Below are positions 8,770 through 18,863 of a stretch of 64,000 nt of DNA, piece after piece. The stretch spans positions 12,390 to 76,389 of the forward strand of contig JAIYBJ010000032.1 in the NCBI GenBank assembly GCA_027488575.1, given 5' to 3'. The stretch is from Streptomycetaceae bacterium (GTDB lineage Bacteria; Actinomycetota; Actinomycetes; Nanopelagicales; Nanopelagicaceae). A model generated the notes under the pieces. That model saw only the letters and a program-made list of their open reading frames with translations. It was not told the DNA's origin and made no database searches. The translations under genes were made by a program, and so were the position numbers. Numbering within the stretch: position 1 is the stretch's first letter; each line of letters starts with the position of its first letter.

Positions 8770-9702
8770 ATGAAGACCCAACGTACTTTCTTTCGCCTAA
8801 TTTCCATCGTTTGCGCACTCTCACTTTTCGCTGTTCAGCCAGGTTTTGCAGCCACGAAATCCGTCAACAAATTAAAGTCTGCAGGCAGAACAGCGAATTC
8901 AATTCCAAACACAATTCTCAACGGTGTTCAAGCACCTCTTAAGTCAGTCGGTATAAATGGTGATTTTTACATCGATACAAAAAACCTAAACATTTACGGC
9001 CCAAAGAAAAACAATGCCTGGCCACTACCAATTTCACTACGTGGCACAGCAGGAGTTGCTGGCACTGATGGAAGAACCGGAACACCTGGTGTTGCGGGAA
9101 CAGATGGAAAAACAATCACAAATACATCAACAGTTTCAGGTTCTGCTGGAGCAACAGGTGCGACAGGTATTGCTGGCCCTGCGGGATCCACGGGTCCTGC
9201 AGGTGCATCTGGAAGCGCTGGTCCAACGGGACCTCCTGGACCAGCAGGTAGTACAGGTGCAACAGGAAGCACAGGAGCTCCAGGTTCATCTGGATCGCTC
9301 GGCGTCGTTGTTTCAGATTTAACTCCTTGGACTATTTCAACAGCCAGTCCGGGCACAGGACAAGTCATTACTGTCTTTCCATTACTGACAGCAAACAAGA
9401 TGTATTCATTCACGATCATGGTTAACGCGACTCGCGCAAGATATCCGGGAGAGATTAAAGGAACAATTGCTCTAACTTCTGGACTCAATGGACTCAGAAG
9501 TTCATCTATAACAAGTTATTTCACCACGAATTTGTCTGGAACTGTACACACTAGTGAAATCATGTTTTACGGAACTATTTCTGTCGGTGTCGATGTTGAT
9601 TCAATTCAATTAACCGTGCTGGATGTTGTTGGTCATTCCGGAACTGATGCAATTAGTTTTACAGGAGTTTCGTGGTTAACCGAAGTTGGTTCAATTACTT
9701 AA
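8770..9702 (+). CDS. Secreted collagen-like (Gly-X-Y) surface protein
   Basis: Signal peptide; NGVQAP..GINGDFYIDTKNLNIYGPK motif seen in collagen-like proteins; two Gly-X-Y tracts; beta-rich C-terminus; GAGGAG upstream of ATG 8770. Confidence 0.85.
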   Translation: MKTQRTFFRLISIVCALSLFAVQPGFAATKSVNKLKSAGRTANSIPNTILNGVQAPLKSVGINGDFYIDTKNLNIYGPKKNNAWPLPISLRGTAGVAGTDGRTGTPGVAGTDGKTITNTSTVSGSAGATGATGIAGPAGSTGPAGASGSAGPTGPPGPAGSTGATGSTGAPGSSGSLGVVVSDLTPWTISTASPGTGQVITVFPLLTANKMYSFTIMVNATRARYPGEIKGTIALTSGLNGLRSSSITSYFTTNLSGTVHTSEIMFYGTISVGVDVDSIQLTVLDVVGHSGTDAISFTGVSWLTEVGSIT

Positions 9703-9710
9703 CAAAAATA

Positions 9711-9784
9711 TGGAGCGGGTGACCGGGATCGAACCGGCATGGCCAGCTTGGAAGGCTGGGGCTCTACCATTGAGCTACACCCGC
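9711..9784 (-). tRNA. tRNA-Gly(TCC)
   Basis: Reverse complement GCGGGTGTAGCTCAATGGTAGAGCCCCAGCCTTCCAAGCTGGCCATGCCGGTTCGATCCCGGTCACCCGCTCCA forms a cloverleaf; anticodon TCC; CCA end. Confidence 0.97.
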
Positions 9785-9911
9785 ATTTTTGATGCAGTTT
9801 TTGTGCTGGGCTTAGGTTACCTCTGCCACAGTACGGTTACCGAATCGGGGCTAACGCTATCGCCTCGGTTAGCGAGGGTGAAAATCTCGTCTAGACTCAC
9901 CACTTGCGCCT

Positions 9912-9987
9912 CGGGGCGTAGCGTAGTGGCTAGCGCGCCTGCTTTGGGAGCAGGAGATCGGGAGTTCGAATCTCCCCGCCCCGACCA
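9912..9987 (+). tRNA. tRNA-Pro(TGG)
   Basis: CGGGGCGTAGCGTAGTGG...CCTGCTTTGGGAGCAGG...GTTCGAATC...CCCCGACCA; anticodon TGG; usual position upstream of tig. Confidence 0.97.
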
Positions 9988-10031
9988 TACTTTTTAACTT
10001 ACTTATATAACTTATATAAAAGGAGTACTTC

Positions 10032-11321
10032 GTGAAGAGCACGGTAGAAACGCTTTCTCCAACCCGTGTTCGTTTAGATATCGAAGTTCCATATTCAGAG
10101 CTCACACAACATGTTTCTGATGCATATAAGAAAGTAGCTGCACAAGTAAACATTCCTGGATTCCGTAAGGGAAAAATTCCTGCAGCGATGATTGATCAGC
10201 GTGTGGGTCGCGGAACTGTTTTGGATGAGGCGATTAATTCAGCTCTTCCTGAGTTCTATAGCAAGGCAGCTCGTGAGCACACAGTTCTAGTTATTGGACG
10301 TCCAACTGTTGATGTCAAAGAGTTTGTAGATAATGAAAAATTGGTATTCACCGTTGAAGTTGATGTGCGTCCAGAAGTTAAGTTGCCTGATTTTTCTAAG
10401 ATTGAAATCAAAGTCGATGATGTAGTCGTGACTGATTCAGATATCACCGAGCAGATTGACGAACTTCGCGCTCGCTTTGGAACTCTAAATACTGTTGAGC
10501 GCCCTATCAAGAGCGGTGACTTTGCAACCCTTGATCTATTGGCTCGCATTAATGGCGAAGAAGTAGATGGCGGTGCTGCATCTGATATTTCCTATGAAGT
10601 TGGCTCAAATCGAATGATTGATGGTCTAGATGATGCACTTATTGGCATGAGTGCGGGGGATAAGAAAGATTTTGAGACACAACTAGTAGGACAAGCCGAA
10701 GGCGAAAAAGGCGTAGTTGAAGTTGTTGTCAAAGTAAACAAAGAACGCGAATTGCCTCCAATGGATGATGCGTTTGCAAAGCTTGCGTCTGAGTTCGACA
10801 CGCTCGATGAGTTAAAGGCAGATTTCGCGACGCGTTTAGAGCGCGTGAAGAAGATGGAACAAGGCGCACAGGCACGTGATTTACTCGTCGAAAAATTGTT
10901 GGCAGAAACTGAGATTCCAGTACCTGATCTTTTGGTAGATGAAGAAGTAAATGATCACTTATCTGGTGAAGGTCGCCTAGAAGATGCAGAACACCGCGCA
11001 GAAGTTGATGGGCAAGTTCGCTCATCTCTTAAATCTGATTTTCTGCTAGACGCAATTGTTAAAGCCGAAGATGTTCAAGTAACAGAAGTTGAACTCACCG
11101 AATATTTGGTACGTACATCACAGCGTTACGGAATGGCCCCAGAACAATTCGCACAAGAGCTACAAAAAGCTGGACAGATTCAACAGCTAGTGGCAGAAGT
11201 AGCACGCGCTAAAGCACTAGCCGGGGTTCTCTCTCGCATTTCAATTAAGGATGCATCAGGTGCCACAGTTGATCTCGAAGCCCTTGCTCCAAAGCCAGCA
11301 GCATCTGAAACTCAGGAATAA
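10032..11321 (+). CDS. tig: Trigger factor
   Basis: IPGFRKGK ribosome-binding motif; FKBP-like middle domain; AAGGAG SD. Confidence 0.96.
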   Translation: MKSTVETLSPTRVRLDIEVPYSELTQHVSDAYKKVAAQVNIPGFRKGKIPAAMIDQRVGRGTVLDEAINSALPEFYSKAAREHTVLVIGRPTVDVKEFVDNEKLVFTVEVDVRPEVKLPDFSKIEIKVDDVVVTDSDITEQIDELRARFGTLNTVERPIKSGDFATLDLLARINGEEVDGGAASDISYEVGSNRMIDGLDDALIGMSAGDKKDFETQLVGQAEGEKGVVEVVVKVNKERELPPMDDAFAKLASEFDTLDELKADFATRLERVKKMEQGAQARDLLVEKLLAETEIPVPDLLVDEEVNDHLSGEGRLEDAEHRAEVDGQVRSSLKSDFLLDAIVKAEDVQVTEVELTEYLVRTSQRYGMAPEQFAQELQKAGQIQQLVAEVARAKALAGVLSRISIKDASGATVDLEALAPKPAASETQE

Positions 11322-11327
11322 TCTCTG

Positions 11328-11341
11328 CGCCCTGAGCGAAC
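11328..11341 (-). promoter_or_regulatory. ClgR operator upstream of clpP1P2
   Basis: CGCCCTGAGCGAAC reads GTTCGC-TCAGG-GCG on the minus strand, matching the actinobacterial ClgR consensus GTTCGC-N5-GCG. Confidence 0.75.
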
Positions 11342-11441
11342 ACGGGCGCTTTCACGCTCTTAATCGCACAAATTGGGAAGAATTTTTGTGCTGACATTGT
11401 TAAGGTCAATACATTAGTAATAAATATCAGGAGGACTTCAC

Positions 11442-12077
11442 GTGGAGCAGATGAACCCGCAATCATTGCCTGTAGTTGCGCAAGCATCACCGGCATCAAT
11501 GGGTGGACTAGACGAACAGGTTTATAGCCGCTTGCTCCGTGAGCGAATCATTTTTCTTGCAGGTCAAGTTGAAGACAACATGGCTAATGCAATTTGCGCG
11601 CAGATTCTTTTGCTTGCAGCCGAAGATTCAGAGAAAGACATTTATCTTTACATCAACTCACCTGGTGGATCCATCACGGCAGGTATGGCGATTTATGACA
11701 CGATGCAATACGTAAAAAATGATGTTGCAACTGTTGCCATGGGAATGGCTGCATCAATGGGTCAGTTCTTGCTTACAGCAGGTGCGCCAGGAAAACGTTA
11801 TGCGCTTCCAAATGCGCGCATCTTGATGCACCAACCACTCGGTGGCATCGGCGGAACTGCTACAGATATTCGTATTCAAGCTGAAAACATGGCTGCAATT
11901 AAGAAGAAGATGGCCGAACTCATCGCTCACCACACAGGTCAAAGCGTTGAGAAAATTACTGCAGATTCAGATCGTGATCGCTGGTTTACAGCAGATGAAG
12001 CAAAGGAATATGGCTTCGTAGATCAGATTGCACAATCAGAAGGTCAGGTTTCAGGCAATGGAGGAAAAGCGAAATGA
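11442..12077 (+). CDS. clpP1: ATP-dependent Clp protease proteolytic subunit 1
   Basis: [34 protein letters not shown]. Confidence 0.95.
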   Translation: MEQMNPQSLPVVAQASPASMGGLDEQVYSRLLRERIIFLAGQVEDNMANAICAQILLLAAEDSEKDIYLYINSPGGSITAGMAIYDTMQYVKNDVATVAMGMAASMGQFLLTAGAPGKRYALPNARILMHQPLGGIGGTATDIRIQAENMAAIKKKMAELIAHHTGQSVEKITADSDRDRWFTADEAKEYGFVDQIAQSEGQVSGNGGKAK

Positions 12078-12700
12078 TGAATAACATCCCAGAAATTACA
12101 AACCGCTACGTTCTTCCAACTATTGAAGAAAAAACTGCCTATGGTTTCAAGCGCCTTGATCCATACACAAAATTATTTGAAGAGCGCATTATTTTCCTTG
12201 GCCAACCAATTGATGACACCGTTGCAAACGATGTTATGGCTCAGCTATTGACGCTCGAATCAATGGATCCAGATCGCGACATCATGATCTACATCAACTC
12301 ACCTGGTGGATCGTTTACAGCGCTGACAGCAATTTATGACACTATGCAATTCGTTCGCCCAGATGTCATGACAATCTGTCTTGGACAAGCAGCATCTGCA
12401 GCTGCAGTTCTTCTTGCAGGTGGTGCAAAGGGCAAGCGTTATGCACTCGAGAATTCACGAATCATGATTCACCAACCATCATCAGAAGGTGGCGGTCAGG
12501 CATCTGATATTGAAATTCAAGCTCGCGAAATTCTGCGAATGCGCACACTTCTTGAAGAGTTAATTTCTCGTCACTCAACTCGTTCTCCTGCAGAAATCGC
12601 AGCTGACATCGAGCGCGACAAGATTCTTACCTCAGCAGAAGCAGTCGAGTACGGACTTATCGATCAAGTTCTAGCTAGCCGTAAAGCAAAGGCCAAGTAA
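12074..12700 (+). CDS. clpP2: ATP-dependent Clp protease proteolytic subunit 2
   Basis: [37 protein letters not shown]. Confidence 0.95.
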   Translation: MMNNIPEITNRYVLPTIEEKTAYGFKRLDPYTKLFEERIIFLGQPIDDTVANDVMAQLLTLESMDPDRDIMIYINSPGGSFTALTAIYDTMQFVRPDVMTICLGQAASAAAVLLAGGAKGKRYALENSRIMIHQPSSEGGGQASDIEIQAREILRMRTLLEELISRHSTRSPAEIAADIERDKILTSAEAVEYGLIDQVLASRKAKAK

Positions 12701-12833
12701 GAACTTTTTCGCTTAATTATTCTCTCGGCGAACACCGCAAGCCTTCTTCATCCCGCATATTCGCACGCCTTCAATCTATTCTTGTGCACTAGAAGTTCCC
12801 AAAAATTTCCCCCATTGGGAACAAAGGAGTGAG

Positions 12834-14129
12834 ATGACACGCATCGGCGAGACTAGCGATCTGCTGAAATGTTCCTTCTGCGGTAAAACACAGAAGCAAG
12901 TCAAGAAATTAATTGCCGGTCCTGGTGTCTACATCTGCGACGAGTGCATCGAACTCTGTAATGAAATCATTATCGAAGAGCTTGCAGAAGCAGGAACACT
13001 CGGATTAACCGAGCTTCCAAAACCTGCTGAAATTTTTGAATTCCTAGATCAATACGTAATCGGACAAGACCGCGCGAAGAAATCTCTCTCAGTTGCCGTC
13101 TATAACCATTACAAGCGCGTTCAATCTGGAGATACAAAGCGCGAAGATTCAATTGAATTAGCAAAGAGCAATATTTTGCTTCTTGGCCCAACAGGCTGTG
13201 GCAAAACACTTATGGCACAAACTCTTGCTCGCATGCTTAACGTTCCTTTTGCAATTGCAGATGCAACTGCGCTTACAGAAGCTGGTTATGTTGGCGAGGA
13301 CGTAGAAAACATTTTGCTTAAGCTTTTGCAAGCAGCAGATTACGATGTAAAGAAAGCCGAAACTGGAATTATTTACATCGATGAAATCGACAAGGTTGCA
13401 CGCAAATCTGAAAACCCATCGATTACTCGCGATGTATCTGGCGAAGGTGTTCAGCAAGCACTTCTAAAGATTCTAGAAGGCACTGTTGCATCTGTTCCGC
13501 CACAAGGTGGACGCAAGCACCCACACCAAGAATTTATCCAAATCGATACAACCAATGTTCTCTTCATTGTTGGCGGAGCATTTGCTGGACTAGAAAAGAT
13601 TATTGAAAGCCGTAGCGGATCTGCAGGTGTTGGATTTAATGCAACGCTTCAAAGCGAAGCCGAGAAGAACCGACGCGATATTTTTGCAGATGTAATGCCA
13701 GAGGATTTATTGAAGTTCGGAATGATTCCCGAATTCATTGGACGTCTTCCAGTTATTACAAGTGTTGAGAACTTAGATAAGCCAGCTTTGATGCAAATCC
13801 TTACAGAGCCAAAGAACGCTCTCGTTAAGCAGTATCAACGTCTCTTTGATATCGATGATGTCGAATTAGAAATTACGCCAGAAGCACTCGATGCAATTGC
13901 AGAGCTCGCGCTCAAGCGCGGAACAGGTGCTCGTGGTTTGCGTGCAATTCTTGAAAGCGTTCTACTTGGTGTGATGTATGACGTACCAAGTCGCGCAGAT
14001 ATTGCAAAGGTGATTTTGACTCACGAGTGCATCAATGACGGTGGTGCTCCAACTTTGATTCCTCGCACAGGTGATATTCCTAAGCGCGTTGCACGTCGCG
14101 ATAAAGGTCAAGAAGAGAAGAGCGCATAA
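12834..14129 (+). CDS. clpX: ClpX ATPase subunit
   Basis: CSFCGK zinc finger, [28 protein letters not shown]. Confidence 0.97.
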   Translation: MTRIGETSDLLKCSFCGKTQKQVKKLIAGPGVYICDECIELCNEIIIEELAEAGTLGLTELPKPAEIFEFLDQYVIGQDRAKKSLSVAVYNHYKRVQSGDTKREDSIELAKSNILLLGPTGCGKTLMAQTLARMLNVPFAIADATALTEAGYVGEDVENILLKLLQAADYDVKKAETGIIYIDEIDKVARKSENPSITRDVSGEGVQQALLKILEGTVASVPPQGGRKHPHQEFIQIDTTNVLFIVGGAFAGLEKIIESRSGSAGVGFNATLQSEAEKNRRDIFADVMPEDLLKFGMIPEFIGRLPVITSVENLDKPALMQILTEPKNALVKQYQRLFDIDDVELEITPEALDAIAELALKRGTGARGLRAILESVLLGVMYDVPSRADIAKVILTHECINDGGAPTLIPRTGDIPKRVARRDKGQEEKSA

Positions 14130-14144
14130 TCTAGACTGCTCCAC

Positions 14145-16733
14145 ATGAGTCAGTCAGACCGCGAACTCGCATCGACCTTTGTACCGGCCGATATCGAAGC
14201 TCCACTCTATGAAAAGTGGATGAAGGCTGGCTATTTCACCGCAGATGCAAAATCTGAAAAACCACCGTACACAATTGTTATTCCGCCACCGAACGTAACT
14301 GGCGTTTTACATATCGGTCACGCACTCGATCACACATTGCAAGACGCACTCATTCGCATGAAGCGCATGAAAGGTTTCGAAGCACTGTGGTTACCAGGCA
14401 TGGACCACGCAGGAATTGCGACACAAAATGTTGTTGAAAAACAATTAGCCGGCCAAGGAAAATCTCGTCACGACCTTGGTCGCGAAGAATTCGTTAAAAA
14501 AGTTTGGCAATGGAAAGCAGAATCTGGCGGAGCAATTCTCGGACAGATGAAAAGACTCGGTGACAGCGTTGACTGGAGCCGCGAAGCTTTCACGATGGAT
14601 GAGAATTTATCTAAAGCAGTCTTAACGATTTTTAAGAAACTCTATGACGCTGATCTGATTTATCGCGCAGAAAGAATAATCAACTGGTGCCCGCGTTGCT
14701 TAACGGCGCTTTCAGATATCGAAGTAGAACACCAAGACATCGATGGTGAGTTTGTTCAGATTACATACGGCGATCCAGGTGAAACACAGATAAGTATTGC
14801 CACAACGAGACCAGAAACAATGCTCGGAGATGGCGCCGTTGCCGTTAACCCAGATGATCCTCGTTACAAAGACTTAGTCGGCAAGCAAGTGAAGCTTCCA
14901 TACGTAAACAGAATGATTCCAATCATTGCTGACGAACTAGTTGATCCAGAGTTCGGAACAGGTGCTGTAAAAGTAACTGCAGCCCACGATCCAAATGACT
15001 TTGAAATGGCAATGCGCCACAACGTTCCAATGGTTGTCATCATGAACGAGCACGGTGTTATGTCTGGAACAAATACGCAATTTGATGGAATGGATCGCTT
15101 CGAAGCACGCAAAGCAGTTGTTGAACAGTTGCGCAAAGATGGTCGTATTGGTTGGGAAAAGCGTCCTTATTCACATTCAGTTGGTCACTGCCAACGTTGC
15201 GCAACAATTGTTGAACCACGTTTGTCTCTTCAATGGTTCGTTAAAGTTGCACCGCTTGCAAAGGCAGCAGCGGACGCAGTTCGTGATGGTCGAGTAAAGA
15301 TTGAACCAAAAGAAATGGAACCACGTTACTTCGAGTGGGTAGATAACATGCACGATTGGTGCATCTCTAGACAGTTGTGGTGGGGTCACAGAATTCCTGT
15401 TTGGTATGGACCACAAGGTGAAGTACTAGTTGTTGGCGCAGATGAAAAAGCACCAGATGGGTACTCGCAAGATCCCGATGTTTTGGATACCTGGTTCTCA
15501 TCAGCTCTCTGGCCATTTTCCACTTTAGGTTGGCCGGCAGACAGTGATGATCTCAAGAAGTTCTATCCAACGAGTGTTCTGGTAACAGGTTATGACATTC
15601 TCTTTTTCTGGGTAGCACGCATGATGCTATTTGGTTTGTTTGCAATGGATGGCAAGCAGCCATTTCATACGATTGCCTTACACGGATTAGTTCGAGATCA
15701 ATTTGGCAAGAAGATGTCTAAGAGTCGTGGAAACACCATTGATCCAATCGAATTCATGGATAAGTACGGCACAGATGCGCTTCGATTTACTTTAGCTCGC
15801 GGCGCTAACCCAGGAAAAGATCAAGCACTCGCCGAAGATTGGGTAGGCGGCTCGAGAAACTTTGCAACAAAGTTATGGAATGCAACCCGTTTTGCAATGA
15901 TGAACGGCGCGACTATTGATGGCGAACTTCCATCGACAGCATCGCTCAATGGAATTGATAAGTGGATTCTCTCCAGACTCTCAGAAACTATCTCCGAAGT
16001 AGATTCACTCCTTGAGTCATACGAATTTGCTCGCGCATGCGATCGTATCTATCACTTTGCTTGGGATGATCTCTGCGATTGGTATCTCGAACTTTCCAAA
16101 GAAAGCTTTGCATCCGGCGATGCTAAAAACTCGCAACGGGTGCTGGGTTATGTCCTAGATCAACTTTTGCGATTGATGCATCCATTTATGCCATTTATTA
16201 CAGAACAGCTCTGGACGACTCTGACCGGGGGAGAATCACTAGTTATCGCACAGTGGCCGGTAGCAAACCCAGATCACCTCGATCAGAGCAGCCACAAAAT
16301 CATCGCAAATATTCAAGAAGTAATCACCGAAGTTCGTCGATTCAGAAATGATCAAGGAATTAAAACTTCGGCGAAGATTCCAGGCCGTTTCGTTGCACCA
16401 GCCGAGTTTGCTCCCTATGAAAGTGCAATGCGTTTTGTTCTAAAACTCGAAGCATCTGATTTCACTCCGAGTGCGAATCTGCAAATTGGTTCAGTTAAAG
16501 CCGAATTCGACTTAACCGGAACAATCGATGTAGCTGCAGAACGAGCGCGACTAACTAAAGATTTAGCCACTGCAAAGAAGGATCTTGAAACTGCAAATGT
16601 AAAGTTAAATAATCAAGGTTTCATGGCAAAGGCGCCCGCTGAAGTAGTAGTTGAAATTAAAGAGCGCCTTGCAAAGACGAGTGCCGATATTGAACGTATT
16701 ACTTCACAACTCAACTCATTGCCGGCGCAATAA
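14145..16733 (+). CDS. valS: Valine--tRNA ligase
   Basis: PPPNVTGVLHIGH, DWCISRQLWWGH, KMSKS, C-terminal coiled coil. Confidence 0.97.
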   Translation: MSQSDRELASTFVPADIEAPLYEKWMKAGYFTADAKSEKPPYTIVIPPPNVTGVLHIGHALDHTLQDALIRMKRMKGFEALWLPGMDHAGIATQNVVEKQLAGQGKSRHDLGREEFVKKVWQWKAESGGAILGQMKRLGDSVDWSREAFTMDENLSKAVLTIFKKLYDADLIYRAERIINWCPRCLTALSDIEVEHQDIDGEFVQITYGDPGETQISIATTRPETMLGDGAVAVNPDDPRYKDLVGKQVKLPYVNRMIPIIADELVDPEFGTGAVKVTAAHDPNDFEMAMRHNVPMVVIMNEHGVMSGTNTQFDGMDRFEARKAVVEQLRKDGRIGWEKRPYSHSVGHCQRCATIVEPRLSLQWFVKVAPLAKAAADAVRDGRVKIEPKEMEPRYFEWVDNMHDWCISRQLWWGHRIPVWYGPQGEVLVVGADEKAPDGYSQDPDVLDTWFSSALWPFSTLGWPADSDDLKKFYPTSVLVTGYDILFFWVARMMLFGLFAMDGKQPFHTIALHGLVRDQFGKKMSKSRGNTIDPIEFMDKYGTDALRFTLARGANPGKDQALAEDWVGGSRNFATKLWNATRFAMMNGATIDGELPSTASLNGIDKWILSRLSETISEVDSLLESYEFARACDRIYHFAWDDLCDWYLELSKESFASGDAKNSQRVLGYVLDQLLRLMHPFMPFITEQLWTTLTGGESLVIAQWPVANPDHLDQSSHKIIANIQEVITEVRRFRNDQGIKTSAKIPGRFVAPAEFAPYESAMRFVLKLEASDFTPSANLQIGSVKAEFDLTGTIDVAAERARLTKDLATAKKDLETANVKLNNQGFMAKAPAEVVVEIKERLAKTSADIERITSQLNSLPAQ

Positions 16734-16736
16734 TTA

Positions 16737-18083
16737 ATGAGCGCAGACGATAACGCCCGGGTAGATGCAATCGAGCAGGCACTGCTTGCGCGATGGCCCG
16801 AAACACGAATCTCCCCAACACTTGATCGAATTTCTGCCCTTACGGACATTCTTGGGTCGCCACAACTGACATATCCAACAATTCATGTTGGTGGAACAAA
16901 TGGAAAGACCACCACATCTCGAATGATCGATTCGCTGTTGTTTGAAATGGGATTACGCACGGGACGCTTTACTAGCCCGCACCTTGAAAGTTTCTTAGAA
17001 AGAATTTCAATTAACGGTGAATCCATTGATCCAAAGGCAGCAATATTTGCCTATAACGATCTCGCTCCTTATCTAGATTTAATGGATACAAAGTTTGAAA
17101 CGCCAATTTCTTTCTTTGAAGCAATTACAGCAATGGCTTTTGTGGCATTTGCAGAACACCCTATTGATATTGGAGTTATTGAAGTAGGCATGGGTGGTCA
17201 ATGGGATGCAACAAATGTTGTTGATGCAGATGTTTCGGTGATTATGCCTATTGGCTTTGATCACATGGAATACCTTGGAAACACGTTGACTGAAATTGCT
17301 CAAACCAAAGCCGGAATCATTAAGGCTGGCGGATTTATTGTTATGGCAGAACAAAAACCTGAGTCAGCAAAAGAGTTATTGCGCAAAGCCGCCGAAGTAG
17401 AAGCAGATATTGCACGCGAAGGAATCGAATACTCCTTGGATTCCCGTGCGATTGCAGTTGGTGGACAGTTGATTTCAATCAATGGCTTAAATGAAAAGTA
17501 CGATGAAATTTTCTTGCCACTTCATGGACGACATCAAGCAACCAATGCTGCCTCAGCCCTCGTCGCGGTCGAAGCATTCTTTGGTGACCAAGGTTTGGAT
17601 CCAGATGCGGTTCGTGCGGGCTTTGCAAACGTAAAGTCTCCAGGTCGATGTGAAGTCGTTCATCGAGACCCAACAGTTATTTTGGATGCCGCGCATAATC
17701 CTCACGGCGCACAAGCACTTGCACAAACCTTGGCTTCCGAGTTCACATTCGATGACACCATCGGAGTCGTTGGTATTTTTGGAGACAAAGATGCACAAGG
17801 AATTCTCGAGTCCCTCGAACCAATACTAAATTCGATAATTGTTACTTCAAGTTCATCGACCCGAGCGATGCCTGTAAAAGAGTTGGAAACTCTAGCCAGA
17901 AAAATCTTTGGAGCTGACCGAGTCTTTAGCAACGAAACTCTCGAGGGCGCCCTTAAGCGAGCAATCGATGACGCCAAACGTCCATTGAGCGATGACAGCG
18001 TTGGAATCGTTGTGACCGGTTCGGTTGTCACAGTCGGAGAAGCGCGGACAATTCTGCGTAGATTATTTTCAAAAGAAGATTAA
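16737..18083 (+). CDS. folC: Folylpolyglutamate synthase / dihydrofolate synthase
   Basis: HVGGTNGKTT, FTSPHL, EVGMGG.WDATN, DAAHNP. Confidence 0.95.
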   Translation: MSADDNARVDAIEQALLARWPETRISPTLDRISALTDILGSPQLTYPTIHVGGTNGKTTTSRMIDSLLFEMGLRTGRFTSPHLESFLERISINGESIDPKAAIFAYNDLAPYLDLMDTKFETPISFFEAITAMAFVAFAEHPIDIGVIEVGMGGQWDATNVVDADVSVIMPIGFDHMEYLGNTLTEIAQTKAGIIKAGGFIVMAEQKPESAKELLRKAAEVEADIAREGIEYSLDSRAIAVGGQLISINGLNEKYDEIFLPLHGRHQATNAASALVAVEAFFGDQGLDPDAVRAGFANVKSPGRCEVVHRDPTVILDAAHNPHGAQALAQTLASEFTFDDTIGVVGIFGDKDAQGILESLEPILNSIIVTSSSSTRAMPVKELETLARKIFGADRVFSNETLEGALKRAIDDAKRPLSDDSVGIVVTGSVVTVGEARTILRRLFSKED

Positions 18084-18092
18084 GATTTAACC

Positions 18093-18428
18093 ATGCGAAT
18101 GTTGGCTTCCTCGGTTCTCGTTATGGAATCTTTCGTAATGGGTTTTGCGCTATTGCTTGCAATGAAAGATCACTCTTCATCTGTTCTAATTGTTGGCGGA
18201 GTTATTGCTATTTCATGTTTGCTTGCGCCAGGTTTTCTTAAGACGAAGTTCGGCTGGATTCTTGGATGGATTCTGCAAGTAGCGATGCTTGCCTATGGCT
18301 TTGCAGTCACATCAATGTTTCTGGTGGGGGCTATTTTCTTGGGGTTATGGATTGCTGCGATTATCGTGGGCAAAAAGGGCGAAGCAGCCCGCGCAGCCCT
18401 GCTGGCAGCGGGTCCTCCAAATGCCTAA
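18093..18428 (+). CDS. DUF4233-like membrane protein
   Basis: Four short TM helices; conserved folC-X-ndk position in actinobacteria. Confidence 0.75.
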   Translation: MRMLASSVLVMESFVMGFALLLAMKDHSSSVLIVGGVIAISCLLAPGFLKTKFGWILGWILQVAMLAYGFAVTSMFLVGAIFLGLWIAAIIVGKKGEAARAALLAAGPPNA

Positions 18429-18440
18429 TAGACTGCGCGT

Positions 18441-18863
18441 GTGAGTTCCGAGAAAACATTAATCCTGGTCAAGCCCGATGGCGTTCGCCGCGGTCTTGTT
18501 GGTGAAGTTATTTCTAGAGTAGAAAAAAAAGGTTATTCAGTTACTGCTCTTCGCATGTTGCAAGCAGATCGTGCGCTACTTGAAAAACATTATGCGGAGC
18601 ACAATGGCAAACCTTTCTACGAACCACTTCTTGAGTTCATGACTTCAGGTCCAATCGTTGCGATGGTTGCCGAAGGAAATCGAGTGATCGAAGGATTTCG
18701 TTCACTTGCCGGTGCAACTGATCCAACTGTTGCAGCACCAGGAACAATTCGCGGAGATCTTGCTCGCGATCAAGGAACCAAAGTTGTACAGAACATTGTT
18801 CACGGCTCTGATTCACCTGAATCAGCAGCTCGTGAAATAGCTATTTTCTTTGAGGGGAAATAA
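18441..18863 (+). CDS. ndk: Nucleoside diphosphate kinase
   Basis: LVKPDGV, GATDP..A.PGTIRGD, NIVHGSDS. Confidence 0.97.
   Translation: MSSEKTLILVKPDGVRRGLVGEVISRVEKKGYSVTALRMLQADRALLEKHYAEHNGKPFYEPLLEFMTSGPIVAMVAEGNRVIEGFRSLAGATDPTVAAPGTIRGDLARDQGTKVVQNIVHGSDSPESAAREIAIFFEGK

Noticed and set aside
8510-8824. ORFs 8510-8824 and 8619-8807 across the divergent intergenic region
   Set aside because: They overlap both flanking gene starts and show no recognisable protein features
8994-9488. 164-aa Pro-rich antisense ORF
   Set aside because: It is a shadow of the Gly-X-Y collagen codons
9686-10153. ORFs 9686-9997 (+) and 9869-10153 (-)
   Set aside because: They are translations of the tRNA-Gly and tRNA-Pro genes
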